From NCBI GenBank assembly GCA_947501605.1, contig CANMWZ010000005.1, positions 91,784 through 155,783 of the forward strand: a stretch of 64,000 nucleotides of DNA. Direction: 5' to 3'. The stretch is from Planctomycetota bacterium. Its GTDB lineage: Bacteria; Planctomycetota; UBA1135; UBA2386. How positions within the stretch are numbered: the stretch's first letter is position 1; every line of letters begins with the position of its first letter. Position numbers and translations under genes: made by a program. The notes beneath the pieces are model-generated. The model had not been told where the DNA came from, made no database searches, and saw only the letters and a list, made by a program, of their open reading frames with translations. Below, in pieces: positions 1 to 8,903 of this stretch.

Positions 1-1
1 G

Positions 2-220
2 GCCGTCTCGGCCGCTCGCAACCGAGGCCTCCTCGGCAACGACTTCACGACCTGCAACTTCGATATGTTGCAGCAGTACCGGGCGATGACCAATGTCGTG
101 TCGCGGCCGCCCAAAGAGGGGCTCTCTGTGCTGGCCATGCATGAGATCGTGCTACCCCTTTTGCACCAAGCCATCCTGTGCACAGCCGAGAGCCGCGGGA
201 TGCCGATGGAGCTTCGCTGA
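2..220 (+). CDS. 3' end of a conserved hypothetical protein (possibly deoxyhypusine-synthase-like), truncated by the window edge
   Basis: Open frame 2 reads AVSAARNRGLLGNDFTTCNFDMLQQYRAMTNVVSRPPKEGLSVLAMHEIVLPLL... Its TGA (218-220) overlaps the hldE ATG (220). The family guess is from memory of similar C-termini only. Confidence 0.45.
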   Translation, partial: AVSAARNRGLLGNDFTTCNFDMLQQYRAMTNVVSRPPKEGLSVLAMHEIVLPLLHQAILCTAESRGMPMELR

Positions 221-1689
221 TGGACGATTCTCGTCGCCTACGTCAACTCCTCCAGGGACTGCCCAACCCGAAGATCCTCGTGGTGGGTGACCTCATCCTC
301 GATCGCTATGCCGACGGTCGCACCAGCCGCGTCTCTCCTGAGGCGCCTGTGCTGGTCTTCGAGTTCGACAGCGAACGCTACCTCCTGGGTGGTGCGTGCA
401 ACGTTGCTGCCAACCTACGCAACCTTGGCGCTGTTACGTCGGTTCTCGGCGTGATCGGCGAAGACGAAGCGGGGCGGACACTGCGCACTCTCCTCGGCAA
501 CGACGGCATCGACACCGAAGTGCTCGTGGTCGATCCAAAGCGGCCAACGACGCGCAAGACCCGCTATGTGGCCAAGACGGCGCAAGTGCTGCGCGTCGAC
601 GAGGAGAGCCGGGCACCGATCAGCGGCTCAACTGAGGAAGGCCTGCTCGCCGTCCTCCAACGTCGTCCGTTCCCGTGGCAGAGCATTCTGCTGAGCGACT
701 ATGGCAAGGGCGTCCTGACGCCGCGCGTGATCCGCGCTGCGGTCGATGCGGCCAAGACCGTGGGCGGGATCGTCATCGTCGATCCCAAGGGCAAGGACTA
801 CTCGATCTACCGCGGGGTCGATCTGTTGACGCCCAATCGCGAAGAGGCCGAGGCCGCAACGGCGATCTCGATCAAGGGCAAACCCGAACTGCACCAAGCA
901 GCAAAGCGCTTGCGCGAAGTGACCGGGATCAAGACCGTCACGATCACGCTCGGCAAGGACGGCATCTTCTACGAGAACGAAGATGGCTCGCACCGCATCC
1001 TGCCGACCGAGGCTCGGCAAGTCTTCGATGTGACCGGCGCCGGCGACACCGTCGTCGCGGTTCTCACCTTCTGTCAGACCTGCGGCGTCTCGCTGCAGGA
1101 CAGCCTCGCGTTGGCGAACATCGCTGCCAGTATCACGGTCGGCAAGTTCGGCACTTGGGCGCCAAGTCGTCAAGAAGTGATGGCGCGTCTTGGTGAACAC
1201 GGCGGCACCGGGCGCAAGATCCTGACCCGAGCCGAAGCCGCGGTGGTTGCGACCCGGCTCCGGACCGAGGGGCGCCGGCTGGTGTTCACCAACGGTTGCT
1301 TCGACATCCTTCACCCTGGCCACTGCGAGTACCTGCAGAAGGCTCGCACCTATGGGGATTCGCTCATGGTCGCGGTCAACAGCGACGACAGCGTGCGGCG
1401 GCAAGAGAAGGGACCGGGTCGCCCGATCAACCCGATCGACGACCGCATGGTGGTGCTCTCCGCGCTCGCCTGCGTCGACTACGTCGTGCCGTTTGACGAG
1501 GACACGCCAAAGGGCCTGATCGAGTTGATCACGCCGCAGGTGCTAGCCAAGGGCGAGGATTGGCGCGACAAGGGCGTCGTCGGCCGTGAGTGGGTGGAAA
1601 CCCACGGCGGCCAGGTCGTCCTGGTGCCACTGCGGGCCGGCAACTCGACCACTTCGATCGTCGAGCGCATCCTGAAGACACCGAAGTGA
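220..1689 (+). CDS. hldE: Bifunctional D-glycero-beta-D-manno-heptose-7-phosphate kinase / heptose-1-phosphate adenylyltransferase
   Basis: PfkB kinase motifs ILVVGDLILDRY, RVSPEAPV, SDYGKG, TPNREE and DVTGAGDTV. C-terminal cytidylyltransferase domain with FTNGCFDILHPGH and VNSDDSVRR. Start taken at ATG 220. Confidence 0.95.
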   Translation: MDDSRRLRQLLQGLPNPKILVVGDLILDRYADGRTSRVSPEAPVLVFEFDSERYLLGGACNVAANLRNLGAVTSVLGVIGEDEAGRTLRTLLGNDGIDTEVLVVDPKRPTTRKTRYVAKTAQVLRVDEESRAPISGSTEEGLLAVLQRRPFPWQSILLSDYGKGVLTPRVIRAAVDAAKTVGGIVIVDPKGKDYSIYRGVDLLTPNREEAEAATAISIKGKPELHQAAKRLREVTGIKTVTITLGKDGIFYENEDGSHRILPTEARQVFDVTGAGDTVVAVLTFCQTCGVSLQDSLALANIAASITVGKFGTWAPSRQEVMARLGEHGGTGRKILTRAEAAVVATRLRTEGRRLVFTNGCFDILHPGHCEYLQKARTYGDSLMVAVNSDDSVRRQEKGPGRPINPIDDRMVVLSALACVDYVVPFDEDTPKGLIELITPQVLAKGEDWRDKGVVGREWVETHGGQVVLVPLRAGNSTTSIVERILKTPK

Positions 1690-1793
1690 CTTCGGCGGAG
1701 CGGATCTAGTGTTTGCTCGGGTGGTGCGGGCGCGGCTATCCTGCGCAGATCCTCACGCCTTCACCTCCTCCTTCCCTCATTGGAGGCAAGCAC

Positions 1794-2306
1794 TTGGTCG
1801 TCGTTCCCCGCCGTCAGTTCATTCGCGACAAGATTCTCACCGACCGCAAGAGCTTGGCTCTGATCCTGAATGGCCTGCGCGCCCAGGGCAAGGTGGTTGT
1901 CCTGACGAACGGTGTCTATGACTTGTTGCACGTGGGGCACGTGCGATGCCTCGAAGATGCTCGCTCTCGCGGCGACTTCCTCGTGGTCGCCGTCAACAGC
2001 GACGCCAGCACCGAGCGCGGCAAAGGCAAGGGCCATCCCGTTGTGCCCGCTGACGAGCGGATGGAAGTCGTTGCTGGCTTGGGCTTCGTCGACTACGTGA
2101 CCACCTTCGACGAAGACACTGCCGACAAGTTGATCGAGCAGTTGAAGCCGTCGATCTACGCCAAGGGCACCGAGTACACGATCAAGACGCTGCCGGAGCG
2201 CGACACGCTGAAGAAGCTCGACATCAAGGCGATCTTCGTCGGGGACAAGAAGACGCACAGCTCGAGCAAGCTCGTGCAGAAGATCAAGAAGCGCAAGTTC
2301 GCCTGA
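1794..2306 (+). CDS. Stand-alone RfaE/HldE domain II-like adenylyl/cytidylyltransferase
   Basis: TNGVYDLLHVGHVR (HXGH), VAVNSDAS, FDEDT and AKGTEY motifs. GGAGG at 1782-1786 precedes TTG 1794. Confidence 0.88.
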   Translation: MVVVPRRQFIRDKILTDRKSLALILNGLRAQGKVVVLTNGVYDLLHVGHVRCLEDARSRGDFLVVAVNSDASTERGKGKGHPVVPADERMEVVAGLGFVDYVTTFDEDTADKLIEQLKPSIYAKGTEYTIKTLPERDTLKKLDIKAIFVGDKKTHSSSKLVQKIKKRKFA

Positions 2307-2412
2307 TCGCGACCGCCGGCCGTGTTCTCGACCCGTAGTGGTGGGCTCCATACCACCGCGGTCTTCGCAGCTGCTCAAGCAGCATGCGAACGGGAGTCGA
2401 ATGGCGTGAGCG

Positions 2413-3336
2413 ATGGCCGCCGGAATTGCCACGGAAACCAGACTCGGGCATCTGCCCGTGCCACTCTGCGGCCTCGCCGGTCGCGGCCCGTTGCAGTTCC
2501 CGCTGTACCTGCGGACCACGGCGGAGACCTTGGTGCTCTATCGCGACACCAACGCGCAAATCGCCGAGGATCAGCTCGAGCGGCTGTTTCAGGAAGGCGT
2601 CCGCGAACTGTACATCCGGCCGACTGATCGAGGCGTCTACCTACACCGCGTCGAGGTCGGGCTCGCCGAGATCCTCAACGACAAGCGGGCGTCCGTTGAG
2701 CGTCGCGCGGACGTGTTGCACGGCGTCGCTGCGATGGTCGCTGACGAGGTGCTGTCGCAGCGGCTCGACCGGGACGGCCTGCAGCGAGTGCAGCGCATGC
2801 TGGTCGGCGCCAGCTCGCTGGTGTTGCGAGAGAAGGGCGCCTTCGGTGCGCTGCGCGGCATGCTCGGTGCGAGTCAGTCGCTGTCGCAACACAGTGTCAG
2901 CGTGTCGTTCTTGACGATGGGGCTCGCGCGTCAGGTCATGGGCGCCGATCCGACGACGATGGTGCACGCTGGGCTTGGCGGCATGTTTCATGACATCGGT
3001 CGCGTCGGCAACGAAGACCTCGACCACGACCCCGACCACACCGAGCGCGGCTACCAAACTCTGCGGCAGCTCGGGTTGCCCGTCGAGGTCGCGCAGGTGG
3101 CGTTGTCCCACCACGAGCGGTGGGATGGCACCGGTTTTCCACAGATGCTCCGCGGGCAGGCGATTCCAGCGATGGCGCGTCTGGTTGGCCTCGTCGACGT
3201 CTTCGACGAGGTCTACAGCACGCAAAAGACACCCGTCGGGGTGTTTGATGCGCTGCGCATCCTCGCCGAGGCCTACCGCGGCTGTTTCGAGGATGGCATC
3301 GCGATCCAGTTCGTCAAGCTGTTCCGCCAGGGCTGA
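2413..3336 (+). CDS. HD-GYP-like phosphohydrolase
   Basis: HSVSV, FHDIGR, HHERWDGTGFP (GYP variant) and ARLVGLVDVFD motifs. Confidence 0.85.
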   Translation: MAAGIATETRLGHLPVPLCGLAGRGPLQFPLYLRTTAETLVLYRDTNAQIAEDQLERLFQEGVRELYIRPTDRGVYLHRVEVGLAEILNDKRASVERRADVLHGVAAMVADEVLSQRLDRDGLQRVQRMLVGASSLVLREKGAFGALRGMLGASQSLSQHSVSVSFLTMGLARQVMGADPTTMVHAGLGGMFHDIGRVGNEDLDHDPDHTERGYQTLRQLGLPVEVAQVALSHHERWDGTGFPQMLRGQAIPAMARLVGLVDVFDEVYSTQKTPVGVFDALRILAEAYRGCFEDGIAIQFVKLFRQG

Positions 3337-3454
3337 GCGGCGCCAGCAGAGGGTTGGCTCGCGCGCGAGCGGTGGTCATACTGGGCGCGAGCGGAAGGTG
3401 TTGCGCCGGGCTGTGGGATCTCCCCTCTAGCCAGGGCTTCCACGCGAGGTGCCC

Positions 3455-5245
3455 ATGACTCTGCCCCGATTGCCTGCTCGCTTCGAACAGGTCGAAGAAC
3501 TGTCGTCGACGCCACTCGAGCGCACGTTCCGCGCCGTCGACACGCTGCTGCAACGCGAAGTCCTGCTGCGGCTGCCGCCCGTCGAGGTGTGGAGCGGCTG
3601 GTCCGCCGATGTCCGCTTGCGGCTCCTGCGCGAGGCTCAGGCGCTCGCCAAGATCCAGCACGAAGGTGTCGCGTCCGTGCTGTGGGTCGAGGAGATCGAA
3701 GACGGGCTCCTCGTGGTGCAGAACCCGCCGGTTGGCGAACGGCTCGGCGACGCGCTGCAGCACGGGGCCATGACGGTCGACGCCGTGGTAGTCCTCGGCA
3801 TCGAACTCGGGGAAGCCCTGGCCGCCGTGCACATGGCCAACGTGGTCCATCGCGGAGTTGGAGCGGATGCGGTGTGGATCCAGCCGAACGGCCGCGCGCG
3901 GCTCGGGGCCTTCCACTTCGCCAAGGCTCTCGACGCGCGCCTCGGCGGCTCGTCGCTGAATCACGGCTTGCGCAAGAAGCCGGGTGCCGTCGAGGAGGCC
4001 ATGTGGCTGCCGCCCTACTCGGCGCCGGAACAACTCGCGGGCAAGAGTGCCGATGCACGCGCTGACGTGTTCGCGCTCGGGTGCCTGATGTTCCGTTGCC
4101 TCACGGGCCACGATCCTCTGCTCGCGGTCGAAGGCGGCCAGATGCCCGATGTGCGGTCGGCGCGCAAGGACGTGCCGAAGGCGGTCGCGGACGTGGTCCG
4201 TCGTTGCATGTTGGTGGAGAAGACCGCGAGGTTCCCCACGGCCCAGGCGGTGGCCGAGGCGTTGGAAGCGGTGAAGGCGCCGGCGGGCGGGGGGGGCTCG
4301 GGTTCGCGTCGCGGTGTGCTGTCGGCGGTAGCCGCAGTGGTCCTGGTAGGGGCCGCGGCGCTGTGGTTCCAGGGCGGGGGCGGGGGCGGTCCCACACGCA
4401 CCCCCCCTTCCTCAGAGCCAGGGGGCGAACCCGACACGTCCAAGGTGGTGTACTCGCGTAGCTATGCCAAGGGGCACGCGCTGCTGATCGGCATCGGGAA
4501 GGCATACGGCGGCTCGCACTACCAGAAGCTGTCGACTCCGGTTGCCGAAGTGACAGCGGTGAAGCAGGCCCTGATTGCCGCAGACCCACGCCTGTGGACC
4601 GAGAGCAGTATCGAGATCCTTCCCGAGGATCAGGCGACCCATCAAGTCATCACTTCGAAACTCGACCAGCTCAGGGCGAAGGCCGCCCCTGACGACTGCG
4701 TGTTTGTCTACTTCGCCGGCCACGGGGCGCGCCTGAGCGGGGACGCAGGTCTCGACGGCTTCTGGCTCGTGGCGAAGGACGTCGAATCTCCGATGCCCGA
4801 ATCTGGTGGTTCGAAGGGCTACGTCGACGAGAAGGCGTTGACCAATCTCCGGGCGACCAAGGCCAAGCACGTCCTCGTCGTGCTCGATTGCTGCTATGCC
4901 GGCAAGGTGGGCGGGCTGTTCGTCGGTAAGCGCGCTGGAGGAAGGCCGTTGGCCGAGAGTCGGACGGATGCCGCGTCCACCGAGGTCGACTACTGCACGA
5001 AGCTGACTCGCCAGTTCTTGATGTCGACCGCGGAGGACAAGACCGCTTCGGACGGGATCGATGGCATGACGCCGTTCTGCCGCGCGCTGCTGGAACAACT
5101 CCGGCCCGGACGCGACCCGTACATCACCGCAACGGAGCTGCAGGTCCGCATCGCCAAGATGGTGGGCGAACGTCAGCGCCCCCTGCTCAAGAGCTTCGGC
5201 GGCAAGGAGGACGGCGAGTTCGTGTTCTTCCTGCCCGGGAAGTGA
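3455..5245 (+). CDS. Ser/Thr protein-kinase-like (degenerate) domain + TM helix + peptidase C14 (caspase/metacaspase-like) domain
   Basis: Kinase remnants REAQALAKIQH, VVHRG, SAPEQ and ADVFALG. TM segment GVLSAVAAVVLVGAAALWF. Caspase motifs HALLIGIG, VYFAGHG and VVLDCCYAG, with a GEFVF C-terminus. Start is 3449 GTG or 3455 ATG. Confidence 0.85.
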   Translation: MTLPRLPARFEQVEELSSTPLERTFRAVDTLLQREVLLRLPPVEVWSGWSADVRLRLLREAQALAKIQHEGVASVLWVEEIEDGLLVVQNPPVGERLGDALQHGAMTVDAVVVLGIELGEALAAVHMANVVHRGVGADAVWIQPNGRARLGAFHFAKALDARLGGSSLNHGLRKKPGAVEEAMWLPPYSAPEQLAGKSADARADVFALGCLMFRCLTGHDPLLAVEGGQMPDVRSARKDVPKAVADVVRRCMLVEKTARFPTAQAVAEALEAVKAPAGGGGSGSRRGVLSAVAAVVLVGAAALWFQGGGGGGPTRTPPSSEPGGEPDTSKVVYSRSYAKGHALLIGIGKAYGGSHYQKLSTPVAEVTAVKQALIAADPRLWTESSIEILPEDQATHQVITSKLDQLRAKAAPDDCVFVYFAGHGARLSGDAGLDGFWLVAKDVESPMPESGGSKGYVDEKALTNLRATKAKHVLVVLDCCYAGKVGGLFVGKRAGGRPLAESRTDAASTEVDYCTKLTRQFLMSTAEDKTASDGIDGMTPFCRALLEQLRPGRDPYITATELQVRIAKMVGERQRPLLKSFGGKEDGEFVFFLPGK

Positions 5246-5349
5246 ATCTCTCGAAAGCGACCTGCGGTCGCGCCCCTCCTTCCCCTTCTCCTCGCGTGGG
5301 TCGCAAGACCGAGGGGAATCAACGAGAGATCAGGATGGATGACAGGGGC

Positions 5350-5387
5350 GCGACGGCCGGTGTGGGAACGCCGGCCGTCGCATTTTT
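5350..5387 (+). terminator. Rho-independent terminator between convergent genes
   Basis: GCGACGGCCGGTGT-GGGA-ACGCCGGCCGTCGC stem followed by ATTTTT. Confidence 0.75.
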
Positions 5388-5443
5388 ACTCGCATCGAGC
5401 GCGAACGGCGGCCAAGGAGACTTGCCACCGTTCGTCTTGTTGC

Positions 5444-6709
5444 TCAGCCGTAGATGCCGCGCATGCGCGTGACCGTCGCGACCCGGTCGATGCCGAGCAT
5501 GTAGGCGGCGATGCGGTTGCTGACCGAGAAGCGCCGCGCCATGTCGACGACGGCGTTGAAGGACTCGCACATGATGTGCTCCATGCGGTCCTCGACTTCC
5601 TTCTGGGTCCAGAAGAAGGCCATGCGGTTCTGCACCCATTCGAAGTACGAGACCGTCACGCCGCCTGCATTGGCGAGGATGTCGGGTACTACGAAGATGC
5701 CCTTCTGATCGAGTATTTTGTCAGCACCCGCGGTGCAGGGGCCGTTGGCGCCTTCGGCGATGATCCGCGCCTTGATGTTCTGCGCGTTGCGCGAGGTGAT
5801 CACGTTCTCGGTCGCGGCCGGCACCAGGATGTCCACTGGCAGCTCGAGCAGCTGGGCGTTGGTGATCGTCTCGCCGCAGTCGAGGCCTTCGAGGCGCTTG
5901 GTCTTGGCAAGGTGCGCGCTGATCGTCGCGAGATCGAGGCCCTTCTGGTTGTAGATGCCGCCAGCGATATCGCTGATCGCCACGATCTTCACGCCGATGC
6001 TGGCGAGTTGCAGGGCAGAGATCAGGCCGACGTTGCCTGAGCCCTGGACTGCGGCCGTGCAGTGCTCGGCCTTCATGGCGAGGTGCTTGAGCGCCTCGCG
6101 GACGCAAATCATCACGCCGCGGCCGGTCGCTTCGATTCTGCCGAGCGAGCCACCAAGGCTGATGGGCTTGCCGGTGACCACCGAGGGCAAGAACTTGCCC
6201 TGGTGCACCGAGTAGGTATCCATGAACCACGCCATGATCTGGCCGTCGGTCCCCATGTCGGGAGCGGGGATGTCCCGATCGGGCCCGACGATGTCCATGA
6301 TGCGGGCGACATAGCGGCGAGTGATCTTCTCGAGCTCACCCTTCGTCAGCTTCTGCGGATCGCAGATGATGCCGCCCTTGCCGCCGCCGAACGGCACGTT
6401 GACCACGGCACACTTCCACGTCATCCACGCGGCCAGCGCTCGCACCTCGTCGATCTCGACGTTGGGGGCGTAGCGGATGCCACCTTTGGCCGGCCCGCGG
6501 GCGAGGCTGTGCTGCACCCGGTAGCCGGTGAAGACCTGGATCGAGCCGTCGTCCATCACTACGGGGATGGCGACCGTGATCTCGCGATCCGGCGTGCGCA
6601 GGATCTGATAGAGGCCGGGTTCGAGGCCGAGCTTGCCGGCAGCCAGGTCGAACCGGGCGTGCATGGCTTCGAACGGATTCTCTTCGGCGGAGGCTTTGGT
6701 GTGGTTCAT
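5444..6709 (-). CDS. gdhA: Glutamate dehydrogenase (Glu/Leu/Phe/Val dehydrogenase family)
   Basis: [39 protein letters not shown] and [17 protein letters not shown] motifs. Confidence 0.95.
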   Translation of the reverse strand: MNHTKASAEENPFEAMHARFDLAAGKLGLEPGLYQILRTPDREITVAIPVVMDDGSIQVFTGYRVQHSLARGPAKGGIRYAPNVEIDEVRALAAWMTWKCAVVNVPFGGGKGGIICDPQKLTKGELEKITRRYVARIMDIVGPDRDIPAPDMGTDGQIMAWFMDTYSVHQGKFLPSVVTGKPISLGGSLGRIEATGRGVMICVREALKHLAMKAEHCTAAVQGSGNVGLISALQLASIGVKIVAISDIAGGIYNQKGLDLATISAHLAKTKRLEGLDCGETITNAQLLELPVDILVPAATENVITSRNAQNIKARIIAEGANGPCTAGADKILDQKGIFVVPDILANAGGVTVSYFEWVQNRMAFFWTQKEVEDRMEHIMCESFNAVVDMARRFSVSNRIAAYMLGIDRVATVTRMRGIYG

Positions 6710-6771
6710 GCCGCGCGGGCGAGCAAAGGCTCTTGCGCCGCGAAAGTGAGCCGGGAAACCTATCCAACTCC

Positions 6772-7515
6772 ATGCAGGCCAGCAACAAGAGCGCGGCCGC
6801 GGCAGGCCTCACGCAAGCACGCGAGGAGTTCGCGCGCCTTGCCAACGCGGTGCTCGATGGCGCGATCGGCCGCACGGTCCGCTGTACGCCGAGACGGCGC
6901 ACGGTGCTGCTGACGGTGGCCGGGCGCGTCTGCTTTGCCAAGGTGCGAGATGGGTATGGGCGCGCGGCAAAGGCCGAATGGCAGTGGCTGCACGATCTTC
7001 CGAAAGTTGGGATCGCTGTGCCGGAACCGCTCGCGTTGCTGCAGCGCGGCCGCCGCAGCGTGCTCGTCACTGGCGCCGCAGCGGGTCGGCCACTCGATGC
7101 AGCTTTCGCAGAGGCCATAGCTCGCGGCGAGGACGCCGCGGTCGCGGATTTTGTCTGCGGGCCCGTGGCGCGAGCGGTGGCGGCGCTCCATGGCTCCGGG
7201 TTGGTCTATCGCGACCTGTACTGGAACCATGTGTTTGCCGACGGCTTGGCGCCCGGTTCGGGCCTCGTGTTCCTTGATGTCGAGCGCGTCTTCCGACCAT
7301 GGTGGCGTCTTCAGCGCTGGCAGGTGAAGGACTTGGCGGGGCTGGCATCGTCGTTCCCGGGCCGCGTGCCGCTGCGGGTAGCAACGCGGTTTCTGCGCGT
7401 CTACCTGGGTTCGGCTGGCAGCGGCCCAAGGGGGCGCGCGCGCCGTCGGCGCTGGCTTCGGCTCGTGCACGCGAAGTCGGTGCGGATCCGGGCTCACGTT
7501 CCCAAGTACGGCTGA
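6772..7515 (+). CDS. Lipopolysaccharide kinase (Kdo/WaaP/InaA family)
   Basis: Kinase-like motifs FAKV, AEWQWL, VPEPLA, LHGSGLVYRDLYWNH, FLDVER and KDLAGL. Confidence 0.75.
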   Translation: MQASNKSAAAAGLTQAREEFARLANAVLDGAIGRTVRCTPRRRTVLLTVAGRVCFAKVRDGYGRAAKAEWQWLHDLPKVGIAVPEPLALLQRGRRSVLVTGAAAGRPLDAAFAEAIARGEDAAVADFVCGPVARAVAALHGSGLVYRDLYWNHVFADGLAPGSGLVFLDVERVFRPWWRLQRWQVKDLAGLASSFPGRVPLRVATRFLRVYLGSAGSGPRGRARRRRWLRLVHAKSVRIRAHVPKYG

Positions 7516-7549
7516 CCGCGGTGCGCACCCAAAGGCGCACACCGCGGTT
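7514..7549. terminator. Hairpin between the convergent LPS kinase gene and rnpB (probable terminator)
   Basis: GACCGCGGTG...CACCGCGGTT inverted repeat with an inner GTGCGC/GCGCAC pair. Confidence 0.5.
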
Positions 7550-7556
7550 GAGAAGT

Positions 7557-7920
7557 GCCTGGTCCCCGTAAGCCGGGTTCTGCTGTCTGCCCGAAGGCAG
7601 CGGCGACCATTTCTCTAGGAGCGTCCTCGCGGACGCCCGCCAACGACCTACCCGAGGATCTCGGCGCGGGCAGCGCGATCCTCCTATTCGGTCTTCCTCC
7701 AGGTGGGGTTTGCCGTGCCGGCTCGCTCCTGCGAACCGCGGTGAGCTCTTACCTCGCCGTTTCACCCTTGCCGTCGCTGTCGCCAGCCGTCCGGCGGTCT
7801 ATTCTCTGTGGCACTTTCCCTGTCCTTGCGGACGGTGGGCGTTACCCACCACCTTGCCCTTGGGAGCCCGGACTTTCCTCCCGCAGCGCGAAGCTGCCGG
7901 CGGTCGCCCGGGGACCAGGC
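7557..7920 (-). ncRNA. rnpB: RNase P RNA (bacterial type A)
   Basis: The minus strand has GAGGAAAGTCCGGGCTC near the 5' end, AGTGCCACAGAGA, GGGTGAAACG and CAGAACCCGGCTTA near the 3' end. The terminal P1 helix pairs 7557-7568 with 7909-7920. Confidence 0.97.
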
Positions 7921-7926
7921 CGACGG

Positions 7927-7935
7927 ATGGTAGCA
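7927..7935 (-). promoter_or_regulatory. Extended -10 promoter of rnpB
   Basis: TGcTACCAT on the minus strand, 6 nt upstream of the P1-defined 5' end of rnpB. Confidence 0.7.
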
Positions 7936-8072
7936 CCACGGGGTCCAACAGGAAGGCGCGAGGAAAATTCTCCCGAAGCCACGATCGGTTGAACCAGCCC
8001 TTGTGCGCAGAGCGTAGGGTTGGCTAGCGTCTGCGGCCCCGTAGCCTCGTTCGTCTGTCCCGTTCGACACCC

Positions 8073-8429
8073 TTGTCCCGCATCTTCGGAGGCGCCCCCG
8101 TGCCTGCCGTTCCTTGCATCAGTTTGTTTCTGCTCTGTGCCGTACTCCCCGGCCAGGCCGAACCCCTCGCTTCGCAAAAGCTGACCCCCGTTGCCGCCGA
8201 AGCCTCGGCGTCGAGTGGGGCGTTTGCACCCGAAGTCATCCCGTCGTTGCCACTGCGATTTGACCCGGTCGTCGATCGTGAGCCGCGGCCAGCACCCGTT
8301 GCCCCGCCGGGGGATCGTTTCAGCGTGCCAGAGGCAGGCGTTCTGCTCTTGGTTGGGACGAGCCTTGTCTGGCTAGGTTTTGCCCGACGCCGGCCGAGCA
8401 GTGCTCCACCGCGCCGCGTCATTCGCTGA
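8073..8429 (+). CDS. Small exported protein with a PEP-CTERM-like sorting signal
   Basis: Signal-peptide-like ISLFLLCAVLPGQA. C-terminal VPEAG + hydrophobic VLLLVGTSLVWLGFA + RRR. Start uncertain (8073 TTG or 8100 GTG). Confidence 0.6.
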   Translation: MSRIFGGAPVPAVPCISLFLLCAVLPGQAEPLASQKLTPVAAEASASSGAFAPEVIPSLPLRFDPVVDREPRPAPVAPPGDRFSVPEAGVLLLVGTSLVWLGFARRRPSSAPPRRVIR

Positions 8430-8441
8430 CGAACGAGCGCT

Positions 8442-8903
8442 TCATTCGTCGCCGCGCGCGGGCCGTGGTGGAGTTCGCAGCTGCGCGCGATAGCGCTCCA
8501 GGATCACCAAGGCCGCGATGCTGTCGGCAAAGTCCTTGCGTCGCGCCGCCTTCATTCCGAGTTCCTTGAGCCGCTCGTGCGCTTCGTCGGTCGAGTGGCT
8601 CTCGTCGATCGTCGCGACCGGTATCGGTGCTACCGCGGCCTCGAGGCGGGCACGGAACTGCTGGGTTCGCGTCGCGCGCTGGCCCGCGCTGCCGTCGTGC
8701 AGCAGCGGCATGCCGAGGACTACGACCTGCGTGTCGCGTTCTCGGACCAGTTCGGCGATGGCGGCCGCGAGTGCGTCGGGTTCGCTTTCGTCGATTCGCG
8801 GAAGGGGCACACAGATGCTGCCGGTCCAGTCCGTCGCGGCCAATCCCGTGCGGCGTTCGCCATAGTCAACGGCGAGAAACCGCTTCTTGGCAGCGTCGCT
8901 CAC
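8442..8903 (-). CDS. ruvX: YqgF/RuvX pre-16S rRNA nuclease (Holliday junction resolvase-like)
   Basis: LAVDYGERRTGLA, VVLGMP, IDESHST and DSIAALVIL motifs. GTGA overlap with manC. Confidence 0.92.
   Translation of the reverse strand: MSDAAKKRFLAVDYGERRTGLAATDWTGSICVPLPRIDESEPDALAAAIAELVRERDTQVVVLGMPLLHDGSAGQRATRTQQFRARLEAAVAPIPVATIDESHSTDEAHERLKELGMKAARRKDFADSIAALVILERYRAQLRTPPRPARGDE

Noticed and set aside
7555..7992. Several ORFs overlapping 7555-8070
   Set aside because: They coincide with the RNase P RNA gene and have no protein-like features.
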